DNA of 64,000 nucleotides from Lingula anatina (Eukaryota > Animalia > Brachiopoda), in contig CM120646.1 in the NCBI GenBank assembly GCA_051362555.1, positions 12,524,001-12,588,000 on the forward strand, written 5' to 3'. The position numbers and the translations under genes are program-made. The notes under the pieces were generated by a model. It saw only the letters and a program-made list of their open reading frames with translations. It did not search any database and had not been told where the DNA came from. This document shows, piece by piece, positions 39,821-52,714 of this stretch (positions are counted from its first letter, which is position 1; every line of letters starts with the position of its first letter).

Positions 39821-40644
39821 GTCTAATAGATATTTTCCGTGTTCAATGGTATGTTGTCTTGATGCAGTCATAGTAGATTATAGATGACGTAAGGCCGTCT
39901 AAATAAATGTTTAAACTGCAACTCAAGGGTCTTTGCGTCATGGCCAAAACGTATGATTCTTAGAAAGTATCTGAAAATAGTTATTTTTGTCAAGGCAGTT
40001 CGTGAATTAGGCAACAGGTTTTCCTGTTGTCGACTGAAACCCGCACATTTATAAAGTGTATAAACATTTCTGACATATTTTTGCACCATGGATATAAGAG
40101 TTCATTTAATTCTCGTTTTGCTGTCAGCATGCTGCGTTTTTTATACTATTCAGTCACAAACAAACTGAAATGGCACTTAACAAGTAATCAATGTAAACAG
40201 ACGATTATCAGGATTTCTTCACAACGTTATACCGGTGATACAGTGATGATCGAAAACGTATATCGCTGAAAGATTTCTATTTGAAACATCTTTGAAATTA
40301 GGGGCCACTTTGGTGTTAGACTATTACGTTTTTATTTACCATGATTTCCAGGACAGTGAAACTTCGGCACGAAAATCTTAATGTGGGGGACCCTCAAGGT
40401 AACAAACATACTTTCTAACCTGATCTAGATCGTGCCTGTGACATCATTTGCACTTCTTTATTGGGTTTTGGTGATAAGAGTTGCAAACCAGCGGCTATGC
40501 CGGATGATTATGAAGATTCTGTTGAATAACTCCAAATGAAAACTGAATAGCATATAATGCCATATAATCAAGCTAACGTGAATATGCCTCGACTCAAACT
40601 CGGCTTTTTTTTTTTTTAAAGAGAGCTAAATTTCCCAGAACTTC

Positions 40645-41456
40645 TTAGTTCTCGGCCATGGCGACGGAATCCGCATCCATGCTTCTTTTTTCGACCAAAG
40701 CATCCCTGGAAATGTGATCATCTCTGAGAATTGTTTTGAAGGTAAATACTGTTGGAACATTTCCCAAGTTAAATTGTGCAAACATGTTTGATACATGTAA
40801 ATATTATGTTTAGAAAAATAAATATCATTGAACGGGATTCCAGGGAAAAATAAAAAGAAGATATATTCCCCAACATACTATCTGTCCCCTATCGTAACCC
40901 AGTGAGATTAAATACACAACATCGCACAATGCACAGTAAACATTTTAAGAGATTAACGTGTATGTTTTTTTTAAATATTAGTGGAACAAGTTGTACCCCC
41001 TCAAAACCCGCATACTAGTACCTGTCTCTATCAGTGCCACTTGCTTCATTTGTCACTGATCGCTTGTTGGTGCATGTGCATGTAGACGGTCGGGGTCTCG
41101 CAATTACCGTATAGGGGGTCCTAGAGTCAAAGTTTTAGATATCAAAGAAAGAACATTGCCTTATACAGGTATATTAAGGTACCCAGAGGGCAAAATGTGT
41201 TGTTTTAACATTGAAACAACGTTGAACCATAACGTTGATAAGACGTTGGATAAACATTGAATTTGAAAGTTGACTCAACCTCAGATAACAACGTTGTATC
41301 AACGTCGGATAACACAATTGTATCAACCCCAGTTGTTAGACAATATTCTTGCATGAAAAGACATTGAAATATAACCACATTTAAATATAACCGGAGGGTA
41401 GGGTATAAAAGTATGGCCTTTAAGTTAAAATTTCCAAGGTTTCGATAAATAAATAA

Positions 41457-41541
<85 letters not shown>

Positions 41542-42769
41542 CGTTCCATTTATATTGATAAAGTTAGCTACAGTATTGATAAACAAAGTATCACGTTATC
41601 AACAATTAATATTTTTAATATTTTAAATTACAATCCATGTCTGCAAGGTTGTGTCAATGACCAAAATACAACGTTGAGTCAATTATGACGGTGTTTCGAC
41701 GTGGTTGGATGAACGTTAATTTACGTTGAATTTAGATAGATCAACGGTAATCCAATGTATCAACCTGTTTTCAACGTTGATCCAACCCGACTATGCCTGC
41801 TGGGTAATGAAATCAAAGATAAAATGAACGCGAAGAGTTAATAAATATTTGTTTAAATCCGCAGATATTCTTTAAAAATAAAAAAATGGCCTGCATTACT
41901 TTGAATTCATAGTTCAAGGCATTAATAAAATTCGAATAACTATGTTTTTTTTTTCATATCATTTACCAATCCTCATAATACTCACCCCCAATCACTTAAT
42001 TTGTAACCACAGTCTCTCCGACATCCCCCGCCACAAGCACAGCCGAAAATATTGCAACTCTGATACCCGCAATATGGAGTACCCTGGAATGACAACAGCA
42101 CTAAGTTAATCTGTTCAACGTTAGGTCCATTTTTCCATTCCTTTTTGAATGAGATATTGCCTGATCTACGGCCGATATTATGATAATTCTGTGTTTGTGT
42201 GGAGCCGGGACATGGAGCAGAATGGTTTTAAAGTACTGCTACTGAAAAAAAAAAACATAATTTATGATGTGATTTTTGTGTTAGTGCAACTGAAGTTGAT
42301 GATGGTTGCAAATAATGATTATTCACTAACTTAGTCTGAATGAGTGAATTTAACAGGGAAGTGAAAGCACTCGGAATATAAAGAACTGATGACCACAAAG
42401 ATAGCATTCGGGACCGGAAACGAAAGAACTCTGTGATGTCGTTGGCAGCATTCTCTCTGTGGTGATCCACCATAAAAGGTTGCCACTTATTGTAGACTCC
42501 ACCAAATTTAACAATAAAATAGCTCTTTCACCATGCTGCCGTTTCATTTCCCAAGCACAGTTAATATGCGTTCGTTCGTTACTTAACAACAGTAAACCAC
42601 TGGTGGATGTAATCATATGAAACATGGAATTGCAAATTAGCTGACTTACAGCGGTGCAATCTTTGCAGAAACCTCCTTCAACTGCTTTGCAGCAAACCGC
42701 CTCTGTTTCTTTAATAAGAGAAGCTGTTAGACATGCTGCCACCAGGATGCCAACTATGGAACCGACCAT
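40645..42769 (-). CDS. Mytimycin-like 12-Cys peptide precursor, copy 5 (125 aa)
   Basis: Exons 42769-42650, 42083-41986, 41120-41022, 40705-40645. Mature VCCKAVEGGFCKDCTAGTPYCGYQSCNIFGCACGGGCRRDCGYKLSDWGTPYTVIARPRPSTCTCTN; then KR-SVTNEASGTDRDRDALVEKRSMDADSVAMAEN*. Confidence 0.9.
41182..41804. mobile_element. 623-bp MITE (CCCAG...CTGGG, TA target duplication, internal CAACGTTG repeats, central (TA)n) in an intron of copy 5
   Basis: aagg TA|cccagagggc ... gcctgctggg|TA atga; the empty site aaggtaatga is at 31073. A related relic lies at about 56280-56390. Confidence 0.85.
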
Positions 42770-43216
42770 ATTCTGTAATTACAGCCGGAATACTACATAT
42801 GTACACATATCTATCGTTTAGTCATTGGAAAATGCAATCATACAATGGAGGTAAATGTTTTTCTTCATTAAATGAATACATTATTCACACAATACTAATA
42901 ATATTCTGATTGAAAACTGCATGATTCGTTATGTCTTAGTGAACAGGAATACCGATGTTTGCAATTGGCATAAATGATCTCTTTCACATTTGCAAACCAC
43001 ATGACAAAATATTATCATTTTTTTATCTTGTCATGTGGACATAGTAACAGGGAGTGAATCCCCCTTTCTAGTCTTCATTCTGCCTCTTACTAAATTCTAC
43101 GTTTTGCTATAGTCGTCCTCTAAACCCAAAGTATGGCTTGCCAATTCTAAATATACATAACTTTCAGTTTTATCTGCCCTGTCCGTGTTCCCCTATTGGT
43201 AACTCCTAATGAAGAG

Positions 43217-43355
43217 AACTTACCTTTAATGAGCACTTCAGCTTGACGGCTTCAACCAACCCTAAAAGATCCCCTTGCTTCTAGTCTTCACTACGACGAA
43301 GAGTAGAATGAGACAACTGAATGATGATAGTCCAATTATATGTTATATTTAGTGG
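43217..43355 (-). promoter_or_regulatory. Putative core promoter and non-coding exon 1 of copy 5
   Basis: Inverted homolog of 10279-10413: ctaaatataac, TCAGTT, gtaagt. Confidence 0.55.
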
Positions 43356-46300
43356 CACAATTGAGTGGTGATACAATCATCCTAAATGCTGGTATCCTTC
43401 GGAAAAACAAACTGTGACTTTATTTATCAGGTTGAAGTACCATTTGCATTATCTGCAAAATAGTGGTCGCAAAACCAATTCAAACCGTTTTTGCGCAATT
43501 AAGTGTTTTATTCTCTCTTTTCTGCACCAAGTCTTTATTTTTCACATTATAGAATAGGGTTTTTGCCTATAAATGATGCCTTTTGTTCGGAAAGCATTGA
43601 TGTATTATTTGCATTATCTGTAAAATAGTGGTCGCAAAACCAATTCAAACCGTTTTTGCGCAATTAAGTGTTTTTGTATTTATCTTTCTTTTCTGCACCT
43701 AATTGCTATTTTTCACATGATAGAAAAGGGTTTTTGCCTACTTATTGCCTACTTATTTTGCCGACTTATGTACTTGGGGATTTTATGGTAAAAGGTCCAC
43801 TTTTTCAGAAAACGACCCCCCCCCCTTTGAAATTGCTGGTTACGGGCCTGAACCTTAAATAGATTTGGTAATATGCAGCATATCTATTCATGATTTTTAA
43901 ACCTTTCTACGAAGTGTTCACAATGCTTTAATATTTTGAGAGCATGGATTTAGACATATTGTTAGTTTGATACGTGTCTCTGCGGTAAATTTGTGTTTTC
44001 AGCTGTGTATTGACAGCATTCCTTTACTTAAGCATTATTTTTTTTCGCCCTCTCGCACCGATTTGGGGTCCCCAGAGGATGTCCATCCATAAAAATAAAA
44101 AAGTGTGGCCTTAGCAAGATTGATGGTTTTTGTTGAAGAGCTTTGATGCAATATTTGTAATTATCTGCAGTATAGTGGTCGTAAAAACACATTCAATAAG
44201 TTTTTGCGCAATTAAGTATTTTTGTATATTCTCCCTTTCCTGCACTACCATGTGTTAGTTGCCTTTTCAATCGCGAATATGTACTGTTAGTGTCGAAATT
44301 GCTTTTATCCAATATGAATATTTACTGAGACCATTTTCAACAATAGACCATTATTAAAAATAACATTTTACATCTTACGTCTCACATGTACATTCTGGAA
44401 CTTCAATTGCGTTCTTAACTCTCATGTACCGATACGGAATGGATTCCAAGGATCAGATTATAATAATTAAAGTCTCCATATCTAGGTTATAAAATGGATA
44501 AGTATCACTAGTATCAATGACACATGAAAAAAAGTTAATCGGATTACTATCCTGTGGTACTGAATGGCGATTATGATGATAATAATAACAGTGATGTTTA
44601 TTGCTTCTAAATTAAACTTTAATTAAATTAAATTAAAATTATTTGGCGTTTAACATTGCCGATCTTATCAGGCCCAGGGAAAAGGTTCGCCAGTCCTCCA
44701 ACAACCCAGTTAAGTTATTTGTGACTTTTGACAAATTACAGTCCCACTGGAAAGTCTTCTTACAAAAAGGCCGCATGGTCTCCCAACCCTGCCCCTGTAT
44801 GATCGAACAATAGAGGTCGCATGATAATTACAGGGTAGGGGAATGGGCAAGTAATCCTTATAGGACACCCAAATTAGTCGGTTCAACGAACACGCTCTGC
44901 TCCTTCGTAATTGCGTCACTTAAGTTTCCATATTATAGCTGATGCAAAGAGAGTCCTTCATTGTGTTTCTTTAACAGGAAATTGCCTGTCGCGACACTTT
45001 ATGGTCTTCATTTTCCATTTGGGCTATTCCATTAGTGTCTCATTTGATGTTTTTAAATCGCACCTCTTGTTCTCGGAGGCCGATGATACGCAAACGTACA
45101 TAATCGCTAAGAGGCATCTTGGAATTGTGATGATTTAGAAAATATGGGTGTCGATTTATACCGTTCACTAAGCAGGTGACACGATGCACAGAAATCAGTG
45201 ATATAAACATGTCATATTAAACAAAATACTTACTGGCCATTTAGGAAGTCCAGATAAACAAACAATATTGTTGACACGTGTTTGTTGATTGATAATTAGG
45301 TCAAATTGAATAGTTTGGATTGAAGAGCGTTAACATTAATTTTAGAAGTAGTGATTATGTAATAGTCAGAGCTTACTCATTGTGTTCACCCACCAGGAAT
45401 AAAGCTAACCTGTACTGATTGTTAATTAATGTGATATGACACGTGCCAAACAGTGAAGTTAACCCGAAAGATTGTAATCCAGCTTTTTTAATTTATTTTC
45501 TTTGATGGTTTTAAGTATGAAGAAGGATTTTGGTTAAGTTTGGAGTTTAGATCGTAAACATTAACTATTTTCATCGTTTTGAATTTCATAGGTTCATAGT
45601 TAATATTAAACAACGAAAGAGAAGCATTTGTATCAAAATTAAGGCTTATTTCTTTAATAATATTTTACGCGTGTTTAATTATTATTCTTCCTACTTTGTG
45701 TGCTGCTCCAACAATTGACAAGTCTTTCTGGAAAAATGCATTCAATCCATAACCATAGCAAATAGTAATATAAGGACCTACTATAAAAAATAAAGTTCAG
45801 TCGTGTTTATAGTATATGTATATAGCAATAACGGTTTGAGGCCTAATAAATATAACATGCACAAGTACAAGTTGTGTCTCATTTGATCTTTCATAAATTC
45901 ATTTATTCAACTCTATGTGAATTCAATCAATTCATAGCTAAAATGGACACGAAAGTTACTTTCATCACCGAATGTTTTCGGTTAAGTCACTTTAAAAAAA
46001 TCATTTTTAGCAAGTTCTTTTACTTAAAATCTCCGTAACGGAGTAGAGAGATCAAAGTAGAGTGTAGCCACCGCGAGAGCCACTCAGCGAGCTAGGGTTA
46101 GGCTCTTTTGTTAGCAGCAAGTAAAACACGATAATAACCCGATGGGGCAAGGTATGGTACTATTGTTAACAGAAACCCAACAGCGCATGGATGACAATGT
46201 TATTTACAGGCCGTATGAACAACACGCAACGACCCGCAGAGTAAGTAAGGGGACTTTCCGGCGGGTCTGTACGAAATGTATACATGAACATTATGATGTC

Positions 46301-46668
46301 AAAGAAATATAGCAGCAAGGATAGACAGGAAATAGTGATCAAATGATTGGGAAAGATATGCAGCAAACTAATTTGACCTGGAGAAAAATCATTGTATAAT
46401 TTCTATGTTGATGAATTATACTTTTAAACATTTATAACTATTATTGAAGAGAAAAAAAGCATTTAGTTCAGCCTCCCTTCAGGCAGCGTAAAACAATTCA
46501 CAATCAATGTTTTAAGTTATATTTTTAAAAATAAATAAATTAAAATAAAATTGTAAAGGCAGCGCAACCGACGCTAAATTTAAGGAAACCCGCATTTTGT
46601 GACCGAAGTGAGGCTTCTTTACTTTTCGTTACCAGTGAAAGCCCCTGTTTATTTCCCGATACGATTCT

Positions 46669-46738
46669 AGGACAATTCCCCCCCGGACAATTCCCCCCAG
46701 GACAATTCCCCCCAGGACGATCCCCCCCCCCCCCCCCC
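46669..46738. repeat. 15-bp tandem repeat (GGACAATTCCCCCC[C/A]) x3-4 plus poly-C, probably a transposon terminus
   Basis: Direct observation; it sits at a break in homology with the 29050-30000 flank. Confidence 0.7.
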
Positions 46739-47266
46739 GAAGAATATATATTTATATACAAATATAAAATAGAAAGTGTAAAGTTTAAAACATGTAATCC
46801 ATTTTATTAATATTTTTAGTGTCAACAAACTGAAATGGTGCTAAACAAGTAATCTCTCTAAACAAAAGATTATCAGGATTTCTTCTCAACGTTATACTAA
46901 AAAAAAAAAAAATTAAAAAACGCCAGTGGTGATCGAACTTTCAAAGTTAATTAAACGTTTCAGCAGCTGACAGATTTCTATTTGTGACATCTGTGAAATA
47001 TGTGGCCTTTTTAGGGTTTAGAATATTTTTTTATTTACCATGATTCCCAGGAAATGAAACTTCGATACGAAAATCTAAATGTGGGGGACCCTTTGGTAAA
47101 CAAACATAGTTTCTAATCTGTGTACTAAATATTTTCAAGATCGTGCCTGTGACATTATTCCGAATGATAACTGAATATCATATAACGAGGTACAATCGAA
47201 CTAATGTGAATATGCCTCGACTGAAACTAGCCTTCTATAGAAAGAGGCCATAAGAACCGGATCATC

Positions 47267-48847
47267 TTAGTTCTTGGCCATGGCGATGGAATCTCCATCC
47301 ATGCTTCTTTTTTCGATCATAGCATCCCTGGAAATGTGATCATCTCTGAGACAGAATTGTTTTAAAAGTAAATATTTTTAGAACATATTCCACGTTTAAT
47401 TGTGCAAGAATGTTGGATACATGTGTATTTTATGTTTAGAAAAACGTATTGGATGGAGAAAGTAAATATCCTAGAACGGGATTCTAGGGAAAAATAAAAA
47501 CAAATATATTTCTCCAACATACTATCTGTGCCTTATCGTAACCCAATTGAAATACACAAAAAGCACACAATGCAGAGTGAACAGTTTAAGAGATTTACAT
47601 GTGTATATGTTTATTCTGAATATTAAGGGAACAAGTTCTACCCCCCTCAAAACCCGTATACTAGTACCTGTCTCTCTCAGTGTCCCAAAATACACTCATT
47701 GGATCATTTGCATCATTTGCTTCTTCTGCCAATGATCGTTTGTTGGTGCATGTGCACTTCATCGGAATGTTTCCATAAGATGCTACATATCTGAAATTTT
47801 CACCAATATATCGAAGATAGCACATATACAGGCATATTGAGCAAATGATATTTAAGTGAAAAAAAGGCAAATAATTTTCAAATCTTTTTTAACCTGCAAT
47901 TATTCTTTTAAAATTTTGGCCTGCACGTACTGTCAATGTGTAGAAAACGAACGTTAATAAAATTCGAATTACGAAATGTATGTTTTTTCCCCACAGCATC
48001 AACAAATTCTCATAATACTCACCCGTGACCACCTAATTGGTAACCACAGTCTCTCCGACATCCCCCGCCACAAGCACAGCCGAAAATATTGCAACTCTGA
48101 TACCCGCAATACGGAGTCCCCTGGAATGACAAAGGCACTAAGTAATTCTGTTCACTGTAAAGTCCATTCCTTCAATCGTTTTTTTTTAATGCCATTTTTG
48201 CTAGATCTACAGTAGATATTATGATAAATCTGTGTGCCTGTAGAGGGAGGTTGAGCAGAATGGTTTTAATGTACTGTTTTGCTACCGAAAAGAACAGATA
48301 ATTTATATTTTTACTTTTGTGTTAGAACAAATGAAGTTGATGTCGGTTGCAAATAATGATAATAATCACAAAATCATTCTAAACGCATGGGTATAATAGG
48401 GACGTGGAAGCGCCGGGAATATAAAGCACTGGTGACCGCAAAGATAGCATTCAGGGCTGGAAAACGGAAAAAAAACTCTGTCTTGGTGGCAGTGTTCCAT
48501 CCTCTCTGTGGTGATCCACCATAAAAGGTTGCCACTTATTGTAGACTTCATCAAATTTAACAAAAAATTGCTATTTCACAATGCTGCCATCTCATTTTTC
48601 AGATAATATGCAATTAATAAAACATGCAAATATCCATGTCCATTTGATAATTAACAACAGAGTGGTTTAGTAAACCAACGGCTGATGTATCCATATGAGA
48701 CATAGAATTGCAAATTGGCTGACTTACAACAGTGCAATCTTTGCAGAAACCTCCTTTAAGCGCTCTGCAGCAAACCGCCTCTGTTTCTTTAATTACAACA
48801 GCTGTTAGACATGCTGCCACCAGGATGCCAACTATGGATCCGGCCAT
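47267..48847 (-). CDS. Mytimycin-like 12-Cys peptide precursor, copy 6 (133 aa)
   Basis: Exons 48847-48728, 48120-48023, 47790-47668, 47327-47267. Mature VCCRALKGGFCKDCTVGTPYCGYQSCNIFGCACGGGCRRDCGYQLGGHGYVASYGNIPMKCTCTN; then KR-SLAEEANDANDPMSVFWDTERDRDAMIEKRSMDGDSIAMAKN*. Confidence 0.9.
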
Positions 48848-48902
48848 ATTCTGAAATTACAGACGAAATACTATATATATATTTTTGAAATTACAGACGA
48901 AA

Positions 48903-48905
<3 letters not shown>

Positions 48906-48950
<45 letters not shown>
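48906..48950. repeat. (TA)n microsatellite, next to a short duplication of the acceptor region (tgaaattacagacgaaatacta x2)
   Basis: Direct observation. Confidence 0.9.
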
Positions 48951-48954
<4 letters not shown>

Positions 48955-50375
48955 TACAAATAACTATTGGGGATATATTGGAAAATGCCATTATACAATA
49001 GAGGCAAATGTGTATCTTTATATAATGAATATATATTACTCACACAATACAATTAGTATTTCTGATTGAAAACTGCAGGAGTAGTTATAGTGAAGTGACT
49101 ACAGATGTTTGGTAAATGATCTCTTTCACATTTCTTACACTCTTTCACATTTCTTACAGTACCGTATTGCAGTCCACGTGACAAAATATCCTTATCCTTT
49201 TTATCTTGTCATATGGACATAATAACAGGAAATAAATCCCATTTTCCAGTCTTCGTTTTGCATCTTACTAAAGTCTACGTTTTGCTAATGCTTATCTTTT
49301 GCTTATGGGGTCATTTAATTCCCCAACCCAAAAGTATGGCTTGCTAATTCTAAATGTACGTGATTTTTTACCCTTAAAGAGCACTTCGACTTGACGAATG
49401 CAACCAACCCTAAAAGATACCCTTGCTTCTAGTCTTCAATACGACGGAGAGCAGAATGGGACGACTGAATGATGATAGTCCATTTATATGTTCTATTTAG
49501 TAACACGATTGAGTGGTGACTCAATCATCCAAAAATGCTGATATCCTTAGTTAAAACAAACTGTGACTTAATTTATCAGGTTGTTTTTTGACATACCATG
49601 TCAGACATATGCAGTTCGGAAAATTTAGAGGTTTCCGTTCTGAAAAGCTTTCATGTATTTTTGTATTATAGTGGTTGCAAAAAGTAAAACATAAAAATGA
49701 TGCCTTTTGTTCGTAAAACTTTGATGTATTATTTGCATTATCTGTAATATAGTGGTCGTAAAATCAATTTAAACCGTTTTTGGGCAATTAAGTATTTTTG
49801 TTTTATTCTTTCTTTCTGCGCCAAGTCGTTATTTTTCACATTATAGAAGAGGGTTTTTGCTTATAAAATGATGCCTTTTGTTCAGAAAGCGTTGATGTAT
49901 TATTTACATTATCTGTAATATTGTAGTGGCAAAACCAGTTCAAACCGTTTTTGCGCAATTAGGTATTTTTGTTTTATTCTCTCTTTTCTGCACCAAGAGT
50001 GTCTTAGTTGCCTTTTGTGTATTGTGACTATTCCAAGCAATTCTGCAACATTTAAAAAGTAATGACCACCAGTGTAAAGACTGCGCTATTTGGCGTGGAG
50101 GACCGTGATTCGCGGTTTATTGATCGCGTAACCAGTGAAATATTTTCATCCATTATTAAAGATATAAAGTGTGGCATTAAAGGTGTAACATACGTCTGGC
50201 TGTCAAATTCCTACCACGGTAAACGTACAGGATCCAGCAGTGAAGGAAAAAAGAAATTGCTACTCTGATGGAGGAGGGTATACCGTGTAGATTTCCCTTA
50301 ATTATCTCAGTTCACTTAATTATCTCTGTTCAACCCAAAGTGCCTTAATTGCTTTTCCCATCCTGAAATTGTGTT

Positions 50376-50629
50376 GTAGGGGAGAGCAGGGCTAGTTGGA
50401 CCCCGGGGTAAGTCCCCCCCCCCCCCCCCCCATCAAGTCTCTTTAATAAAGTAACTTTAAGATGCTAAATTATTTCATTTGGGCTCACTGCCAACGCTTT
50501 TTTAGCACTATTGGATACGGTCACTTTACAAAATACAGTGATCAATACTTTTACCCCATAGTTACTTTGTCATAAATTGAGGGGGGGGGGCAACTTACCC
50601 CGAGGGCCAACTAGCCTCGGTCTTCCCTA
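50376..50629. mobile_element. MITE with long inverted termini
   Basis: taggggagagcagggctagttggaccccggggtaagt ... acttaccccgagggccaactagcctcggtcttcccta. A half copy lies at 15830-15872. Confidence 0.75.
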
Positions 50630-52714
50630 ACTGCATGCAATTCTGAGCAATAAACGGTTATAAAAAATAAGAACACTGTCTTAGCTGTCTGAAATCTGTG
50701 GTTTTATGATAATGTGTTTAACAAATTACAAAAGACAGATTTCAGAAATAAGAGCCTGCCTCCATGTCTTTTGTTGTATTATTTTCATTAAAAATCACCT
50801 TGTTTAAAGGTTTTTGGCAACTAAATTTATATGTTTAGCAAGATTGGTGGTTTTGCAAACCAAGGCGTTATTTTTCACATTATATATATAGAGGAGCGTT
50901 TTAAGCTATAAAAGGACGCCTTTTGTTTGGAGAGCTTTGATGCAATATTTGTAACTATCTGCAGTATAAAGGTAGTAAAAACCCATTCAATAAATTTTTG
51001 TGCAATTAAGTATTTTTGTTTTATTCTCTCTTTCCTGCACCATCAGTTTGCTAGTTTCCGTTTCAATCGCGAATATGTACGGTAGCTACAGTGTATTCTC
51101 ACCAACAGTGTCAAAGTTGCTTTTTTCTTTCGTCGTGAATATTTACTGTGACTATTTTAAACAATACATCATTGTAAAAAATAATATTTTACGTCTTATA
51201 TGTACATTCTGGGACTTGTATTGCGTTAATTACTCGGTGCTGAACCGATACAGAACAGATTCGAGGGTCAGATTATAATGATTTCAGTCTCTATATCTAA
51301 TCAATAAAATGGATAAGTATCACTTGTATCCGTGCCCCATGAAAATAGTTAATCGGATTACTATCCAGTGGTACTAAATGGTGATGATGATAATAATAAC
51401 AGTGATGTTTATTGCTTCTATGAACCTATATTACCTACATTATACAACTAGTATTTTCGATTGAGGGGTATTTTCATACCGTAGTGAGTGCAGATGTTTA
51501 GTATTACCATATATGATTTCTTTTGCATGCGATTTTTAAAATACCGTACGTATTGCAGTCCATGTGACAAAATATCACTGACCTTTCCATCTTGTTACGT
51601 AGACATAGTAACAAGAGTCGAATGCATTTTCCAGTCTTTGTACATGTTTATAACGTATGCATATTTTCTTCAGGTGGAATTGGATCGGTTGTAAGGCTAA
51701 GGGATCTGTCTCTCTGGATTTCTTAAATCTACAATACGCTACGATTTGTATTGAATGTTTTCCTCCGTTTTATGGTTCTAAATGTACGTAATTAGCCATT
51801 GTATCTGCCCTTCCCATGGTACCCTATTGTTAACTCCCAATAAACAGAACTTACCCGTAAAATGCACTTCCACTTGACGAATACAACCAACCCTAAAATA
51901 TCCCCTTGTTGTCTTTGTTACTTCAGAGAACAGGATGAATGTAGTGATCATGTGATATATACTGATACACCAAAAACTGAGTGGTAATACAATCATTCAA
52001 AAATGCTGGTAGCCTCGGTTGCTTATTGTAATTTTGTAAAGGAAAGCTAGTGGTTTTATTTTCCAGGTTGCCTTTTTCAAAACTATGCAAAATCATGTGC
52101 AGTTAGGATACTCAAGTTCTGGATAGGTTTAATTACTTTTATTTATCATAGAGATTGGAAAGCACTATTTTCTAAATAGCAAATGAAACTCTGATCACCA
52201 GGATAGGGCACGTTGGCATACAATATCAAATAATCACCTACTCTGCGTTAAAATATTTTTTTCATTGCGCATAAGTACAATGAGAGCTTCTCTGTACAGG
52301 ATGCAGATTCCTAAGGTAATACAGTACAAAGAAACCGATCAAGAATGCTTTAACCTTTCTCTGCATACTTCTCTTATTTAAAATAAACCACTGCCTCAGT
52401 AGTTATATTGGATTAGAATATCTTGGTCCTTTCAAAGAAACCTCATCTCCAAAGAGGATTTGTACCATCTTGAAATATACTTATATTGTTTATAGTGGGT
52501 AATTTATTTTCCAAAGATGGTAAAGATCACTTTTTTGTTAGCAACTATCGTGGATTTTACAATGTTTGTAGCAACTTATTGCATTATTGGGATATCTTCT
52601 CCAAATACGATATTGGATAAATTTCTTATCCCTTGGATTACTATCATGCTGTTTATCCAGAATATATATATATTAAACTAAACCTTCGAAAGCGTAACTT
52701 AAAGGCCATACATA

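Noticed and set aside
46540-46761. ORF with GGNCPGGNCP repeats resembling a Cys-rich peptide
   Set aside because: Translation of a 15-bp DNA repeat at a rearrangement breakpoint; no signal peptide or splice support.
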